Counted from the first letter of the stretch, positions 1 through 14,199 are shown. The stretch is 64,000 nucleotides of DNA from Nitrosopumilaceae archaeon (GCA_965207375.1 CBDBMG010000002.1:384001-448000), one strand, 5' to 3'. Notes: generated by a model from the letters alone, not told the origin. Made by a program: numbers and translations.

Positions 1-750
1 AGTTTGTTTACTTTTTATACATGCTAAGCATTTAATAATCTTTTAGCAGGCGCACAAAATGTTACAGGTGCTTACGTAATAATTATGCTTGTTTACAGGC
101 AAGCAGCTGTGTGATAGCAAATAATGCTCGAAAAACAGCAAAAGCTATTTGTCCAAGGCTATAATCTCAAAGTTTAAGGATGTAATGAAGTACACGCAAG
201 TACACCCGAAAACATCTGCCACTGTAACTAATTATATCATATGCAAGCCAGGTTTTTGTGTGACGCAATAAGCAGAAGCCGTTACAGGCTATCGTCACCT
301 TCGGTGAGATTCGCACCTTGCTAAGGAATATATAAAGAACAAGGAAAGGAATGAAGGATAAAGGGAATCGCCATGGCGCAGTGGATAAATCGTCTTCAGA
401 ATAACATTTTTGTAAATCCGCCGCCAATACCTTTATTGTGTGAAATTTCTGGAGCCTTACACCTAGCGCAACCCGGTCTTACGGCAGGAAGGCTGGCAGG
501 CTGGCAGGCAGGCTGGCAGACGAAATACAGGTGAATTTCAAAATTTTCAAAGTTGGCTGTAGGTCGAAATATTTGATTTGTCGTTTCGTTTAACCAAGGT
601 ACAGCATCATTACAGCCTTACCAATGGATTCCAGCCAGTTTTTTTGGGTAAAGCCTATTGCAAGGTTGATTTTTGAAGTGCAAAATTTTCCCGAAGCCGT
701 ACAATTTCCTACCGATCCCTACTTTTAAGTACTACCGTACTTAATGATAT
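1..750 (+). mobile_element. Family A non-autonomous element (Helentron/HINE- or DINE-1-like); its palindromic end lies outside the window
   Basis: Near-identical to 53011-53800 (inverted), 54457-55044 and 63101-63850 (inverted). Internal GCAG/GCTG microsatellite at ~483-520. Ends in atccctact followed by the stem-loop ttaagtac-tacc-gtacttaa (725-744). Confidence 0.75.
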
Positions 751-837
751 GGATTTTTGTGATAATTATTTGTGAGAAAGATATGATTTTGGACAATCCT
801 CTTATTAAAGATTCTAGATCCTTAAAATAGAAAGTGT

Positions 838-889
838 CTAGCACCACTCAGTAACTAGCACCACTCAGTAACTAGAACCACTTAGTAAC
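838..889. repeat. 17-bp tandem repeat x3 (ctagcaccactcagtaa)
   Basis: Read directly from the sequence. Confidence 0.8.
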
Positions 890-1175
890 TGCATGTGGAC
901 TGTGGAGGTGAATTGACAACTCTGATTTTGGAAACTGGATTCTTAAACAGATTCCAGAGTCTTAGCATTATATTGAATGGCATGATATATCCTTCTATTT
1001 AAGGACCTGACAAGCCCTATTTGTTAATGTAAACAATCATGGAAGGAAACAATTAATGCTTGAGCTTCTATTTGCACATAAAAGGCAAATGAATATATAA
1101 ATATGGACTATAGCCATATAATGTACATTTTATATGCATAAATGTCAATATATGGTTATGTCTTCACTATTATAG

Positions 1176-4136
1176 CGTGACAGAAAATTTCATGGTGATA
1201 TCAAATACCCACTGCCAAATGAAAAGGCTACAACCTCCAGGATAGGAAAGGGAGGCAACGGGTCGGTATTTATTATATACCATGAGAAGAAGCAGTATGC
1301 AGTTAAGCAGGTATGTACAACTATCACAAAAGAAATCATCCATAATACCGTCTGGCCGGAAAATTTGATGGTAATAAAATTTGATGAAATAGCCTCCAAA
1401 TTGCATAATAAAAATGACGGATTTTAAATTTGACGAAATGCCCGATAAGAAGGCACATAGTATAAGGAAAATTAACATTGACGGATATTAATTTGACGGT
1501 TAGCGAGAAGACCGTCAAACCGTCAAATTAAATTCACCATCAAATTTTCAGGCCATATGGTATCACAAGTGATAAATAACTTTAGTATAGTATTGGACAC
1601 TATGTGTAGTACATTCTGTTGGCATACTAGCTAAGTGATCAAACGTTTGCTGTGGTGAATACAATTCTTTGATATACGGCCGTTCTTATCTTTAACAGAC
1701 TGTATATAGACCTAATGAAGTAAACATTCATTCAGCATTGAGACATGTGAATGTTCTGCCTCTGCTGGCTGTACTGATGGGCACAAAACATGAGAAACAC
1801 TCGGGACGATTCTACTGTTATCATTTTATGCCTAGAATGGATTACGATTTGAGACAAATCTTGTCTACCAAAGAAGTTGGATGTCTTAAATATTTCTACA
1901 GAAACAATTCAAAAAATCGTGCAGTATTTGAAAGAGCTTTTGGTAATGTGAAGTATACACTAAAGGAAACACTGAAAACATTAGTCTTCATACATTCCAA
2001 TGGATATGTTTACAGAGATGTAAAAGGTTAATATATTTGTGTGATAGCCTTGTAGCTACGTATATATATATATATATATCGCAAGTTGAAACTGGTTCAG
2101 GTGATAACTGATTCATCAAAGAATGGCCCATTTTCTTTTGCATTTCAATACATCTGACTGTACAATTATGCATCTGTAGCTACTAAAGAATCTTTTATTA
2201 ATTCCAGCATTCTTTTACAAATGCATATATAATACACACGCACAGATGCACTTGCGCACACACCCTATATGAAGAGATGCATTGGCTGGCATGTTACACA
2301 CGTGCATGCGCACGTGCACACACACACACAAAACTATACATGGAAATATGCTATTTCAAGAGACTGAGTGTCCAGTGGTCTAAAAGTGCCAGTTTCAATA
2401 TAGCTAGCTAGTTATATGTATGTATGCATTATGTATGCTATCTTAGCTAGATGTTATACATTTTAATACATTACTACTAGGTAGATGCAAGTATTAGGCA
2501 TCTTGTACAAAAACCGTGAGTGGTTTTGAAAAAGTAAATATCTGTTAAAAGCTGTGTTCATACAAATATATTGTGATGTTTGATATGGTGCACAGCAAGA
2601 TAACAGACATTATATAGCTATTGATTATAACGATAACTCTGCATAATACAGTAAACCTCTTCAGGACCAGCCATTTCGGTCCATAATTTCTACATTGATA
2701 TATAGCTGTATTGTTCAGGTGCATTGGACGCAAAGTTGTATTAAAATTGCAACTGCAAAAGTATGCATGCACAGAGCTTTTTGTTTTGTATTTTTATTTC
2801 ATTCAGTGTCCTCTAAAAGAGGTTTCGCTGTGTGTTGTGTATGACATACGTATGTGCTGTAGCTACCTGGTAATTATAATTATCTTGTTTTTTATATTAT
2901 ATTTATACAGCCAGCAACATCATGATTAGAATGAACTGCACATGTAATCCTCTATACTGTGACTGTACCTCAAAGTTTCAAGTCAAACTTGGTGACTTTG
3001 ATTCATCAGGAACTGTTCCGGGACTCAATATAAAAGAACCCACTGACCAGTTAATCAAGTTTGCCTCCATTCTGCCATTAGGCACACCTGGATATCGAGC
3101 TCCAGAGGTAAGCTATATTTGTATCGTAATATATAACAGATGATATTATGAGCAATCATTGGTTAGCAGCTAGCAAATGGCATAATAATCAAGAGAAATT
3201 AAACAAGCTTGTTGGGATCTAGCTAGTACAGCCACCTAGCTACTGAGCTTTATATAGCATGAGTATAGAGTTTATATCCATGCCAAAATGTAATACTAAG
3301 TACAGTGTATATTTCTATTTTAGTTTTGTGCTGAACTGCTGACATGGGTCCGAGCACTATTTAGTCCTTATTGCATGCTCTGGCATTATATGATTATTGA
3401 GGACCATTTCATAGTAAATTTACTCATTGCCACTTATTGCTACGTAGCCACTTATTATAATGTTATTTTGCAATAAATCCCACTGCTGCATGTACTCCAC
3501 TGGTAGACAAAATATGTGAAAGATTCCTCTTGCAAAATTTTTATTTGTCAACAAACAAGTAAAACATATCGACGTTAATGTAGCCATGCATAATATAATT
3601 ATATTCATTCATTACACAACAGCGCTATACCATATCTAGTTATGTTACTAAGGTAGCATCTATTAAAATAAGTCACATGTTCTTCTGTCCTGCTTTAGGT
3701 GTCAATGCACATCACTTTATCGGGCCCATACGAGATACTGTATACCACCGCAGTGGATATGTGGTCCTTTGGATGCCTCTGTCTAAATATCTGTATAGGG
3801 AAAACTGCAGCCTTATCACAACGAGAGGTATATAACTAATATGTTTGATTAGCTGCAGCTATTTATAACCTAAATTCTTATCACACAGGAGGCGTCGTTA
3901 TTACTTTCTACTACTCATCACTGTGGTGAGGAACTCTGGACAAAAACTACCAAAGTAACTATTATATTTGTAATCTCAGAATAGCTGATAACAATAATAT
4001 TCATCCATAGGTACATGAGATTCAGAGAACGCAACCATTTAGTAGTGACACTCGTCTACTTAAGTTAATCAAACTTTGTTTACAAGTGAATCATAGAAAT
4101 AGACCATCAGCATTACAATCACAAGCATATCTGTAG
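1176..4136 (+). CDS. Spliced Ser/Thr protein kinase; 5' exon(s) not resolved. Exons 1176-1310, 1699-2026, 2911-3107, 3699-3827, 3889-3954, 4011-4136
   Basis: GT-AG introns join in frame and give all subdomains in order: IGKGGNGSVF, YAVK, NEVNIHSALRHVNVL, YVYRDVKASNIM, VKLGDFD, GTPGYRAPE, VDMWSFG, CLQVNHRNRPSA, then TAG at 4134-4136. Confidence 0.88.
1348..1560. mobile_element. MITE with TA target duplication (Tc1/mariner-type) in a kinase intron
   Basis: Imperfect TIRs ccgtctggccggaaaatttgatgg / ccatcaaattttcaggccatatgg, flanked by TA on both sides. Confidence 0.7.
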
Positions 4137-4171
4137 TTATTTCTAATGATTTAGCTATGTTTTTAAATTAC

Positions 4172-5024
<853 letters not shown>

Positions 5025-6623
5025 ACTGTTCACCTCTTGTTGTTTGGTATAATTATCATGGCACATTAACATGAATGAAATCGTTAAAGGCTAATTTTGA
5101 TAAACTGAAGTGTCATAATTTCTTTAAACTTATCCTGAAGATTCATATATCAATATAGCTTGTGTATCTGAAATTTCATTCAAATGATTTAGAGGGGGTC
5201 CGAGTTATGGAAACTATCAACATACAGTGTAAAAGTATCTCTCAAATACATTGAGGTATTTGCTTTATGCTGAAAGTTGTTTGTCTGGTAGAGCATACAT
5301 AGGAGAAGTGTTGATACAAATTTGGTTGAAATCCATGCAGAAATGAGTGAGTTATTAGACAAACAAGTGTATGTACTAAATGAGTGTTTTAAATATAAAT
5401 TCCGGGATTCACACCGGGGGTCACGCAAGCCCACGAAAAGTGTGCGATGAAAATGAAAGAAAGAAAGAAAGAAAGAAAGTAGAAAGAAAGAAAAAGAAAA
5501 CGACGGCCGCGTAAAATTTTTTTACTGGAAGGAGGACTTTATAAGGCTGTATCAGAAGACTGGCTGGTCCGATTTTGATGAACTTTGGGTTACTGATTCT
5601 ACATTAAATGAAGGTACTAATTCTCTAATTAACGAGCGAAAAGGGGCGGGGCAGATGGTTCGTCGTGCGTTGTCGCAAAACGAGCGCCATAAAACTCGCA
5701 ATGGCTGATACTCAGGAATGGAGGCAGCTATTTACTTCATTGTTGGTATATTGATTCTATATAGTAAGAACGTACTAGGTCCGTAATAACTAAGCGGTAG
5801 CTTTTATGGCGGCTTAGTTACAGCGTCTGCGAATTTTTGAGCGGTGCTACCTGTAAATAACTCACTCGTTCGTCGCGTACGGCTGCTTCTTCTTGGCCTC
5901 GCGACTCACTATCGTGAGTCTTGATATATCACCACCAACGGTTTAATAACTTTGGAAAATGACCATCTGGAATTACAGACAATTAAAGCTCAGAAAAGTA
6001 GTGTAGCTACACGATAGAAATGATAGATGACAATGACGATCAAGGTGATATTGGTAGTGAGAGCTGAGAATGATTTAAGTACGTATCTTGGGCTGGCAGT
6101 AGCAGTAGTAGTTGCTGTAGTAGTGCTACTTCAGTATCACTCACCCTGTATGAACCAGCTGGTAACACTACTGCACATGACTAATATACTGTAGCTCAAA
6201 CTTCCTGCATTTCCTCCTGCACTATAGCTAGCTAGCTAAGCAAAGCTATTTAGTATATATGTTATAGCTAGCTAAGCAAAGTTGCATGCATTATATGCAT
6301 AAACAGTAGATAGCTATGGTTAATACTCGACTAGCTATATATAATAATATTATACTAAGCTATACATCAGGTAAAAATGATGATGATTGATGTGAAAAAT
6401 CACTCTAAATACCATTTTAGAGCATACAATTTTCAAAATTTTCCTGGGGGGCATGCCCCCAGACCCCCCTAGATTAAGCCGCTATGCAGCTGAGTTGCCT
6501 TTGGCAACTGTTGTATACTTCTGTCACTCTCAACCTGGTGCAGCCAGGGCCAAGTCTTCCAAAACTTCCTTGGTACCCCTATAATCTGGCCCCACCATCA
6601 ACTTGGGTCTAGCTACGCCACTG

Positions 6624-7364
6624 GGCCACACATTATAAATAGGAGACCACTGTCCTGTTAGCATGCACAAAATTTATTTATAACATTATAATATATCTTC
6701 TCCTGTAGATCAATCAACAGTACAAGATGGCAATGGTGTAACCTTCATTGAAGTTCTCAACTGTTCTCCACCTATATACATAGCTAACAATTATAGTAAT
6801 ACTTTATATGTTCATTAGCTACTTGGGGGGAAATACAAGGGAAACACCTAAAGTATTAACTTTCAGCTCCTCTCCCCTTTAAAATTTTATTATTCTGCAT
6901 ACTTTATATAAGGTCTTGTTTATAATTGTAATATGTTTACAAAAAGCAGTGATATGCTAAACAAAAACAGCCTGGCTTTAAAAAAAGTGCGAGGCCAATC
7001 AGAAGCCACAATAGCTATAAGTGACCAAAATCTCTGATATCAAGTAAGGCCAAGAAGTTGAACATTTTATTAAGAATCCTTTTACTTGAATGACATACAA
7101 TAGTTTACAGGGCATTTTCACAACTATGATTGGCTTGGTCACTTGGCCACCTTATAAAAGATGATAGTACAAAAAGGTGACCAAGCCAATCATAGTTGTG
7201 AAAATGCCCTATAAACTATTGTATGTCATTCAAGTAAAAGGATTCTTAATAAAATGTTCAACTTCTTGGCCTTACTTGATATCAGAGATTTTGGTCGCTT
7301 ATAGCTATTGTGGCTTCTGATTGGCCTCGCACTTTTTTACAGCCAGGCTGTTTTTGTTTAGCAT
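6624..7364 (-). mobile_element. Family B element, copy 2 (inverted): body plus palindrome 6954-7364
   Basis: Same palindrome (loop 7154-7173) and body as 4257-5024. The two copies could alternatively be the long TIRs of a single 3.1-kb element. Confidence 0.8.
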
Positions 7365-7981
7365 CTGCTATTACAGAGATTTTCAAGTACCCTGGTAAAC
7401 AATATCAGATTGAGCCACTAAAAGGGTTAAGATTAAGCACACCATTAAATGTATCTAAACATGTTTACAGATCAAATGAAGCTGTTTATAAACTTTATGA
7501 CAAAGAGGACATTTGTGACAAAGAGAAAGAGCGTATTGAAATGGGCATTTCATACTTGCAGCCAGAGAGGCAGGACTTGAGCAAAGATGGCTGCTTTTAT
7601 ATGTTGAGCTATAACTTTATTAAACAGAAAGCAAGAGAATTGCAATCCAGTAAAGATTATATAGCAATCATGACACTTGAACAGCTTCATGATCATGATC
7701 ATGTGCACTCAGATTTGTGGGAATTAAATCTTTTATTCCCTCAAAATACAAATGAAGCGATGTTAATAGATTTTGACTTGATGGGTACTGTAAACACTAT
7801 ATCCCAATGGTTACAACAGGGTACCTGAGCGGCATCCAGATGCTAAAGCTGGTAAAGAAAGAAAGAAAATTCATGATAAACATGCTCTAGTATGTATAAT
7901 AGAAAGAGTGTTTTTATAATTCTCTTACTGAAGAACAGAAAAAAGAACTACAACTTTACAAGAATTCGGACTCCTACAACT
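7365..7981 (+). pseudogene. Intronless kinase-like pseudogene (atypical, Crinkler/FunK1-like style); last codons continue at 12223-12253
   Basis: AVYKLYD...LEQLHDHDHVHSDLWELNLLF...AMLIDFDLMG, then frameshifts to YPNGYN and ERHPDAKAG...IHDKHAL. Cut at the 5' side by family B and near the 3' end by the foldback element. Confidence 0.6.
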
Positions 7982-8069
7982 GGTTGTTTCTCCATATAAA
8001 AGTCACGAAATACGTATACAAATATTTTGAAATACATGTACTATTATCTAAATATATATAATAGATAAC

Positions 8070-10267
8070 ATAGGTACTGTAGGTACTTTAGGTACTGTGG
8101 GTACTGTAGGTACTGTAGGTACTATAGGTACTGTAGGTACTATAGGAACTGTAGGTACTATAGGTACTGTAGGTACTGTGGGTACTGTAGGTACTGTAGG
8201 TACTGTAGGTACTATAGGTACTGTGGGTACTGTAGGTACTGTAGGTACTGTAGGTACTATAGGTACTGTGGGTATACTGTAGGTACTGTGGGTACTGTAG
8301 GTACCGTAGGTACTGTAGGTACTGTAGGTACTGTTGGTACTGTGGGTACTATAGGTACTGTAGGTACTGTGGGTACTGTAGGTACTGTGGGTACTGTAGG
8401 TACTATAGGTACTGTAGGTACTGTGGGTACTGTAGGTACTGTAGGTACTGTGGGTACTGTAGGTACTATAGGTACTGTAGGTACTGTGGGTACTGTAGGT
8501 ACTATAGGTACAGTAGGTACCGTAGGTACTGTGGGTACTGTAGGTACTGTAGGTACTATAGGTCACTGGAAAAATATAGACATTTCCTATAGTCTGCGAG
8601 GTAAGGAAATATGCAGGACTTGCAGCCATCAAATTTCCTTTGCCTGGCCTGCATCAGACATATGAAATTCTTATGCACCTTTCCTTTATTGTAGGACAGT
8701 TCAACTAGAACTGAATGAATCCTAAAGTACAGGGCACATCTTATGTACCTACATCATTGGAAAAGTCAAATTTCCTGCCTTAAAAAGCTGCAGGAAATCT
8801 ACAGAAAATTTTCAATTAATAGAAAATGTCATGTTATTGGCACAATTAATTTAATTAATGCTTTACGGCATTATTTGTAGTTTTATGCTCAAGAACATTT
8901 GATGTGTCCTGCATATGTCGAGTATCAGAAATTTCAAATCCCAACCCACAATTAAATGTTTCACTATGAATCACAGGTTATTTATACATAATGAAAACTA
9001 TATTATAGATAGGTAAGTTAGTTTCTATTCAACCTTGCATGTAATGTTGTTAATCTACATTGTATAGGATTAGGAAATGTGTGGTTTACATGCGTGCAGG
9101 GCATGTGCATGAAATATCATGTGTAGCGCAATATGCAATATAATCCGTCCAGCATAATATACACACACACAGGATACCGCACCATGCCCCATACTGTATC
9201 AGAAAAGGTCAAGGGAAGTTGAAATTTCCTAGACTTTTACCAGGCTTCAAAATACTGAAGGAAATCCAAATAATTCGTCATGCGTGTGATCCCAGAACAT
9301 GCCAAGGCCAGGCGGACCGACCAATAAAGTAAATTCTATAGGAAATTCTGCCCTATACTGTAGCAAGAAATTTAAAGGAAATTCCCAACTATCCTGCAAA
9401 AGGAAAGGTGACAAACACAAGAAGCAAACATGGCCTTTCAGGCAGATGCCCTGGTGCAGTAAACGTTAATATTGGTCCAGTGGGTACTGTAGGTACTGTG
9501 GGTACTGTAGGTACTGTGGGTACTGTAGGTACTGTGGGTACTGTGGGTACTGTAGGTACTGTAGGTACTGTAGGTACTGTGGGTACTATAGGTACTGTGG
9601 GTACTGTGGGTACTATAGGTACTGTGGGTACTATAGGTACTGTAGGTACTGTAGGTACTATAAGTACTGTGGGTACTGTAGGTACTGTAGGTACTGTGGG
9701 TACTGTAGGTACTGTAGGTACTGTAGGTACTGTGGGTACTATAGGCACTGTGGGTACTATAGGTACTGTAGTACTGTAGGTACTGTGGGTACTGTTGGTA
9801 CTGTGGGTACTATAGGTACTGTAGGTACTATAGGCACTGTGGGTACTATAGGTACTGTAGTACTGTAGGTACTGTGGGTACTGTTGGTACTGTGGGTACT
9901 ATAGGTACTGTAGGTACTGTGGGTACTGTAGGTACTGTAGGTACTGTGGGTACTATAGGTACTATAGGTACTGTAGGTACTATAAGTACTGTAGGTACTG
10001 TAGGTACTGTAGGTACCGTAGGTACTGTAGGTACTGTAGGTACTGTAGGTACTATAGGTACTATAGGTACTGTGGGTACTGTGGGTACTGTACTGTAGGT
10101 ACTGTGGGTACTATAGGTACTGTAGGTACTGTAGGTACTGTGGGTACTATAGGTACTATAGGTACTGTAGGTAATGTAGGTACTGTAGGTACTGTAGGTA
10201 CTATAGGTACCGTAGGTACAGTGGGTACTATAGGTACTGTAGTTACTGTGGGTACTGTAGGTACTGT
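8070..10267 (+). repeat. 9-bp minisatellite (ggtactgta / ggtactgtg / ggtactata), left arm, interrupted at 8564-9482
   Basis: Read directly; source of the spurious GTV-repeat ORFs. Confidence 0.95.
8564..9482. mobile_element. CACTG-ended (CMC/EnSpm-like) non-autonomous element nested in the minisatellite
   Basis: Ends cactggaaaaatat... and ...atattggtccagtg; 3-bp TSD ggt on both sides; removing it restores the 9-bp repeat phase. Confidence 0.75.
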
Positions 10268-10539
10268 GTACTCATCACTAATACTGTTTTAATAACAAAA
10301 ACATAGACTGATTTAAAATGGTAACCAATAAAACATATTACTGAAACTGCTGTATGGCTAAATAAAACCAACTAATTTATCATGCTGATAGGTTTGACAC
10401 AGCACATGCACACATGACACCAATACTGTAAACAAAAACAGCAATAGAATGGACACTAATTATAGCAACATCTGCATAATTATTATTGGACACTTACAGT
10501 AGCTACCAACATTATCTAACCACATTGTCACAATACCCA

Positions 10540-12132
10540 CGGTATATCTACAGTATCCATATAGTACTCCTACAGTACCAGTATAGTACCTATAGTACCT
10601 AGCTACAGTACATAGCTATAGTACCTACAATGCCAACTACAATAGCTACAGTACCTATAGTACCCACAGTACTTATAGTACTTACAGTACCCATGCACAG
10701 TACCCACAGTACCTACAGTACCTACAGTACCTATAGTACCTATAGTACACTGTAGGTGTACTGTAGATAGTGTTGGGCGGTATCAATATTTTACTTCCAA
10801 TATACGGTATTACAAATTCAAAACGGTATTCAGTATTCCACGGTATTTTGATCAAACACAGCTAACATCTTATAGTTGGCATTTTTGTTAACAATGTGTT
10901 TACCCACAGTACCTATAGTACCTACAGTACCCACAGTACCAACAGTACCTACAGTACCTACAGTACCTACGGTACCTACAGTACCTATAGTACCTACAGT
11001 ACCCACAGTACCTACAGTACCTATAGTACCCACAGTACCAACAGTACCTACAGTACCTACAGTACCTACGGTACCTACAGTATCTATAGTACCTACAGTA
11101 CCCACAGTACCTACAGTACCTATAGTACCCACAGTACCAACAGTACCTACAGTACCTACAGTACCTACGGTACCTACAGTATCTATAGTACCTACAGTAC
11201 CCACAGTACCTACAGTACCTAGAATACCCACAGTACCTACAGTACCCACAGTACCTATAGTACCTACAGTACCTACAGTACCCACAGAACCTACAGTACC
11301 TATAGTACCCACAGTACCTACAGTACCTATAGTACCTATAGTACCTATAGTACCCACAGTACCTACAGTACCTACAGTACCTACGGTACCTACAGTACCT
11401 ATAGTACGTACCTACAGTACCCACAGTACCTACAGTACCCACAGTACCTACAGTACCTACAGTACCCACAGTACCTACAGTACCTACAGTACCTACGGTA
11501 CCTACAGTACCTACAGTACCTACAGTACCCACAGTACCCACAGTACCTACAGTACCTATAGTACCTACAGTACCCACAGTACCTACAGTACCCACAGTAC
11601 CTACAGTACCCACAGTACCCACAGTACCTACAGTACTCACAGTACCTACAGTACCTACAGTACCTATAGTACCTACAGTACCCACAGTACCTACAGTACC
11701 TACAGTACCTATAGTACCTACAGTACCCACAGTACCTACAGTACCACAGTACCTACAGTACCTATAGTACCTACAGTACCCACAGTACCTACAGTACCCA
11801 CAGTACCTACAGTACCCACAGTACCTACAGTACCTATAGTACCTACAGTACCCACAGTACCTACAGTACCCACAGTACCTACAGTACCTATAGTACCTAC
11901 AGTACCCACAGTACCTACAGTACCTATAGTACCCACAGTACCAACAGTACCTACAGTACCTACCGTACCTACGGTACCTACAGTACCTATAGTACCTACA
12001 GTACCCACAGTACCTACAGTACCTATAGTACCTATAGTACCTACAGTACCTACAGTACCTACAGTACCCACAGTACCTATAGTACCTACAGTACCTACAG
12101 TACCTACAGTACCCACAGTACCTACAGTACCT
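10540..12132 (-). repeat. 9-bp minisatellite (tacagtacc), right arm; degenerate at 10540-10750 and interrupted at ~10750-10900
   Basis: Reverse complement of the left array. Confidence 0.93.
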
Positions 12133-13713
12133 GTGTTATCTATTATATATATTTAGACAATAGTACATGTATTTCAAAATATTTGTATACGTATTTCGTG
12201 ACTTTTATATGGAGAAACAACCCTACAATTTCACTGCAGAATTTATTTTATGATGCTGTACTAGTATAGTTTGTAATGTATGCATATTATTATTATATTC
12301 ATATGTAATACTGAGTTTAGTTTTCTGGTGGAAACAACACTCTAGGATGGGTTCGACCTCTAATCTTTCTTCACGAAAACAAGTGTACACAAATTTATTT
12401 CCCACGGTACCATACACTAAAAATTTGAACAGCTTCTTCTTTATATGGAGATTTCAGGGTGGCATGAATACTATAAATAGCAATGAAGCTGTGTGCATCT
12501 CGGTAGTCGATCAAAAATTTTTGCAGGCCTGGGCCGCCTGGTCACAAATCATATTTACAATAATAATATCATCCAATATTGTAGCAACCTTCCTAAATTA
12601 AATTCCGAAAATTATGCTAAAGAATTTCATTCTCCCCGTCCCACTCACTCACTACAGTAAAACGTTACCCTCTTCAAATGTTTACACACTTGACAGTAGA
12701 AGAATTAATTATAATTTTACTACCCATTTGAGGTTTCACTCTGTTGTTCCCTTGGCAACAATTCCTACACATTGCTAGTGCAGGTGATCACTTGTAATTC
12801 ACTCCTTGGATCAGTTGCTACTGCTACTGCTACTAGTCCAGTACTTTTGAAGATAACTGTGATGGCTCAGACTTAGTTATGACATGGTCTGGCAGCATCT
12901 GTAAAAACATTTTCTTTGCCTTTGAGTACCCTCCAACTACAATAAAATATTACCATCAAATGTTCACACATCCTGTAGTTTTATTTATAAAACCTGTTTG
13001 ATTTCCCACCGGTTTCACCTTGTTTCCTTTGCAACAATTCCCATCCATTATTACCCTCCTTGTTCTTCACCCCTCTATGTGAATGATCGGTTGTCCAATT
13101 CACTGCATCTAGATCTTTTTGCTATAAACATGATAATAATGCACACAAGTATAGGTAGTGCACACAGAGTAGAGGGTAGTTATGTTATCATTGTCCCGTC
13201 AACAGATTTCAGCAAACTGTGGTTGGATTAACAAAGACCATAGTATAATGTTTGATATTGTATAACCAGCAAGCCTTATATAAAAGGACTTTCATCCCTA
13301 TTATAAGTGGCACAACTCCTGATCTGAATATGTGGATGGCAGTGTGTGTCCATCATGGCAAATTTATAGGGGAATCATTTTTTGATTCATCATCTCCACA
13401 GACTTGCCAGGATAGACACACTCTACACACCCCCAGAGTTTCCATGACTCCCTAATGTCAATACAATCAACCTAACATAAAAACAAACCCATAAATCAAC
13501 CTGATGTTTGAAAAATAATCGTAGCTAAAATTGTTAACAGCCAATGATAATATACTACTAACCCACCTGGTGATGATTAAGTGTTAAATAAATGTCTGAT
13601 ACAATAAACATACCGGTATATAACTGAGATAATTGTTAGTGATTTAAAAATCAGAGTAGGAATTGTGAAAAAGTAAGATAAAGATACTGCTGAGAGTTCG
13701 TGATTCTAATATA

Positions 13714-13889
13714 CAGTGGAACCTGTCTTAGCAGCCATCTGTATAGAAAGACCACCTCTCTAAAAAGGCCAACTTTAAATTCCCCAAGTGAGAAATTCAT
13801 ATGGTAACCTACCTGTCTAATGTAGCCACCTGTTCATTAAGGCCAAGAAATTTTTGCTCATAGGTCACCAGCTTAGACAGGTTCCACTG
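13714..13889. mobile_element. Short MITE (Tc1/mariner-type ends)
   Basis: TIRs cagtggaacctgtct / agacaggttccactg; TA on the left flank. Confidence 0.65.
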
Positions 13890-14199
13890 CAACAGTCAAA
13901 ATAAGACTCTCAAATACAGTGGAACAACTCTCAGCAGTATAATATCTTTATGATCCCTATTCTCCTAATTCATTAGTTTTTATGTCGATATACAACCCTT
14001 ATCATATGGATCATTTGTAAAAACTTCCATCTTGTCAATTTAATGATAAACTGGCATTTCATATTGCCCTCCGTGGCACAACTGAACAATGTGCGTAAAT
14101 GTGTAAATATAAATTAGACATCTATGAATTTCCATTTAACTATTATGTAAATAACCTAAAATAGCTGCATTAAATTGGTGACAGCAAAAATGCCAGGTA

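Larger units (their letters stand above)
7982..12222. mobile_element. Foldback-like non-autonomous DNA transposon with minisatellite TIRs and 8-bp TSD
   Basis: ~90-bp unique terminal inverted repeats (ggttgtttctccatataaaagtcacg... / ...cgtgacttttatatggagaaacaacc) lead into inverted 9-bp arrays. Flanks are ctacaact (7974-7981) and ctacaatt (12223-12230). Confidence 0.88.

Noticed and set aside
890-1085. Upstream exon of the kinase gene
   Set aside because: All three plus frames contain stops and there is no canonical GT donor at the expected position; not supportable.
8048-12156. Long GTV / PTV / YST repeat ORFs (antifreeze- or mucin-like)
   Set aside because: They arise from a 9-bp minisatellite present in both orientations as transposon TIRs; no unique coding context.
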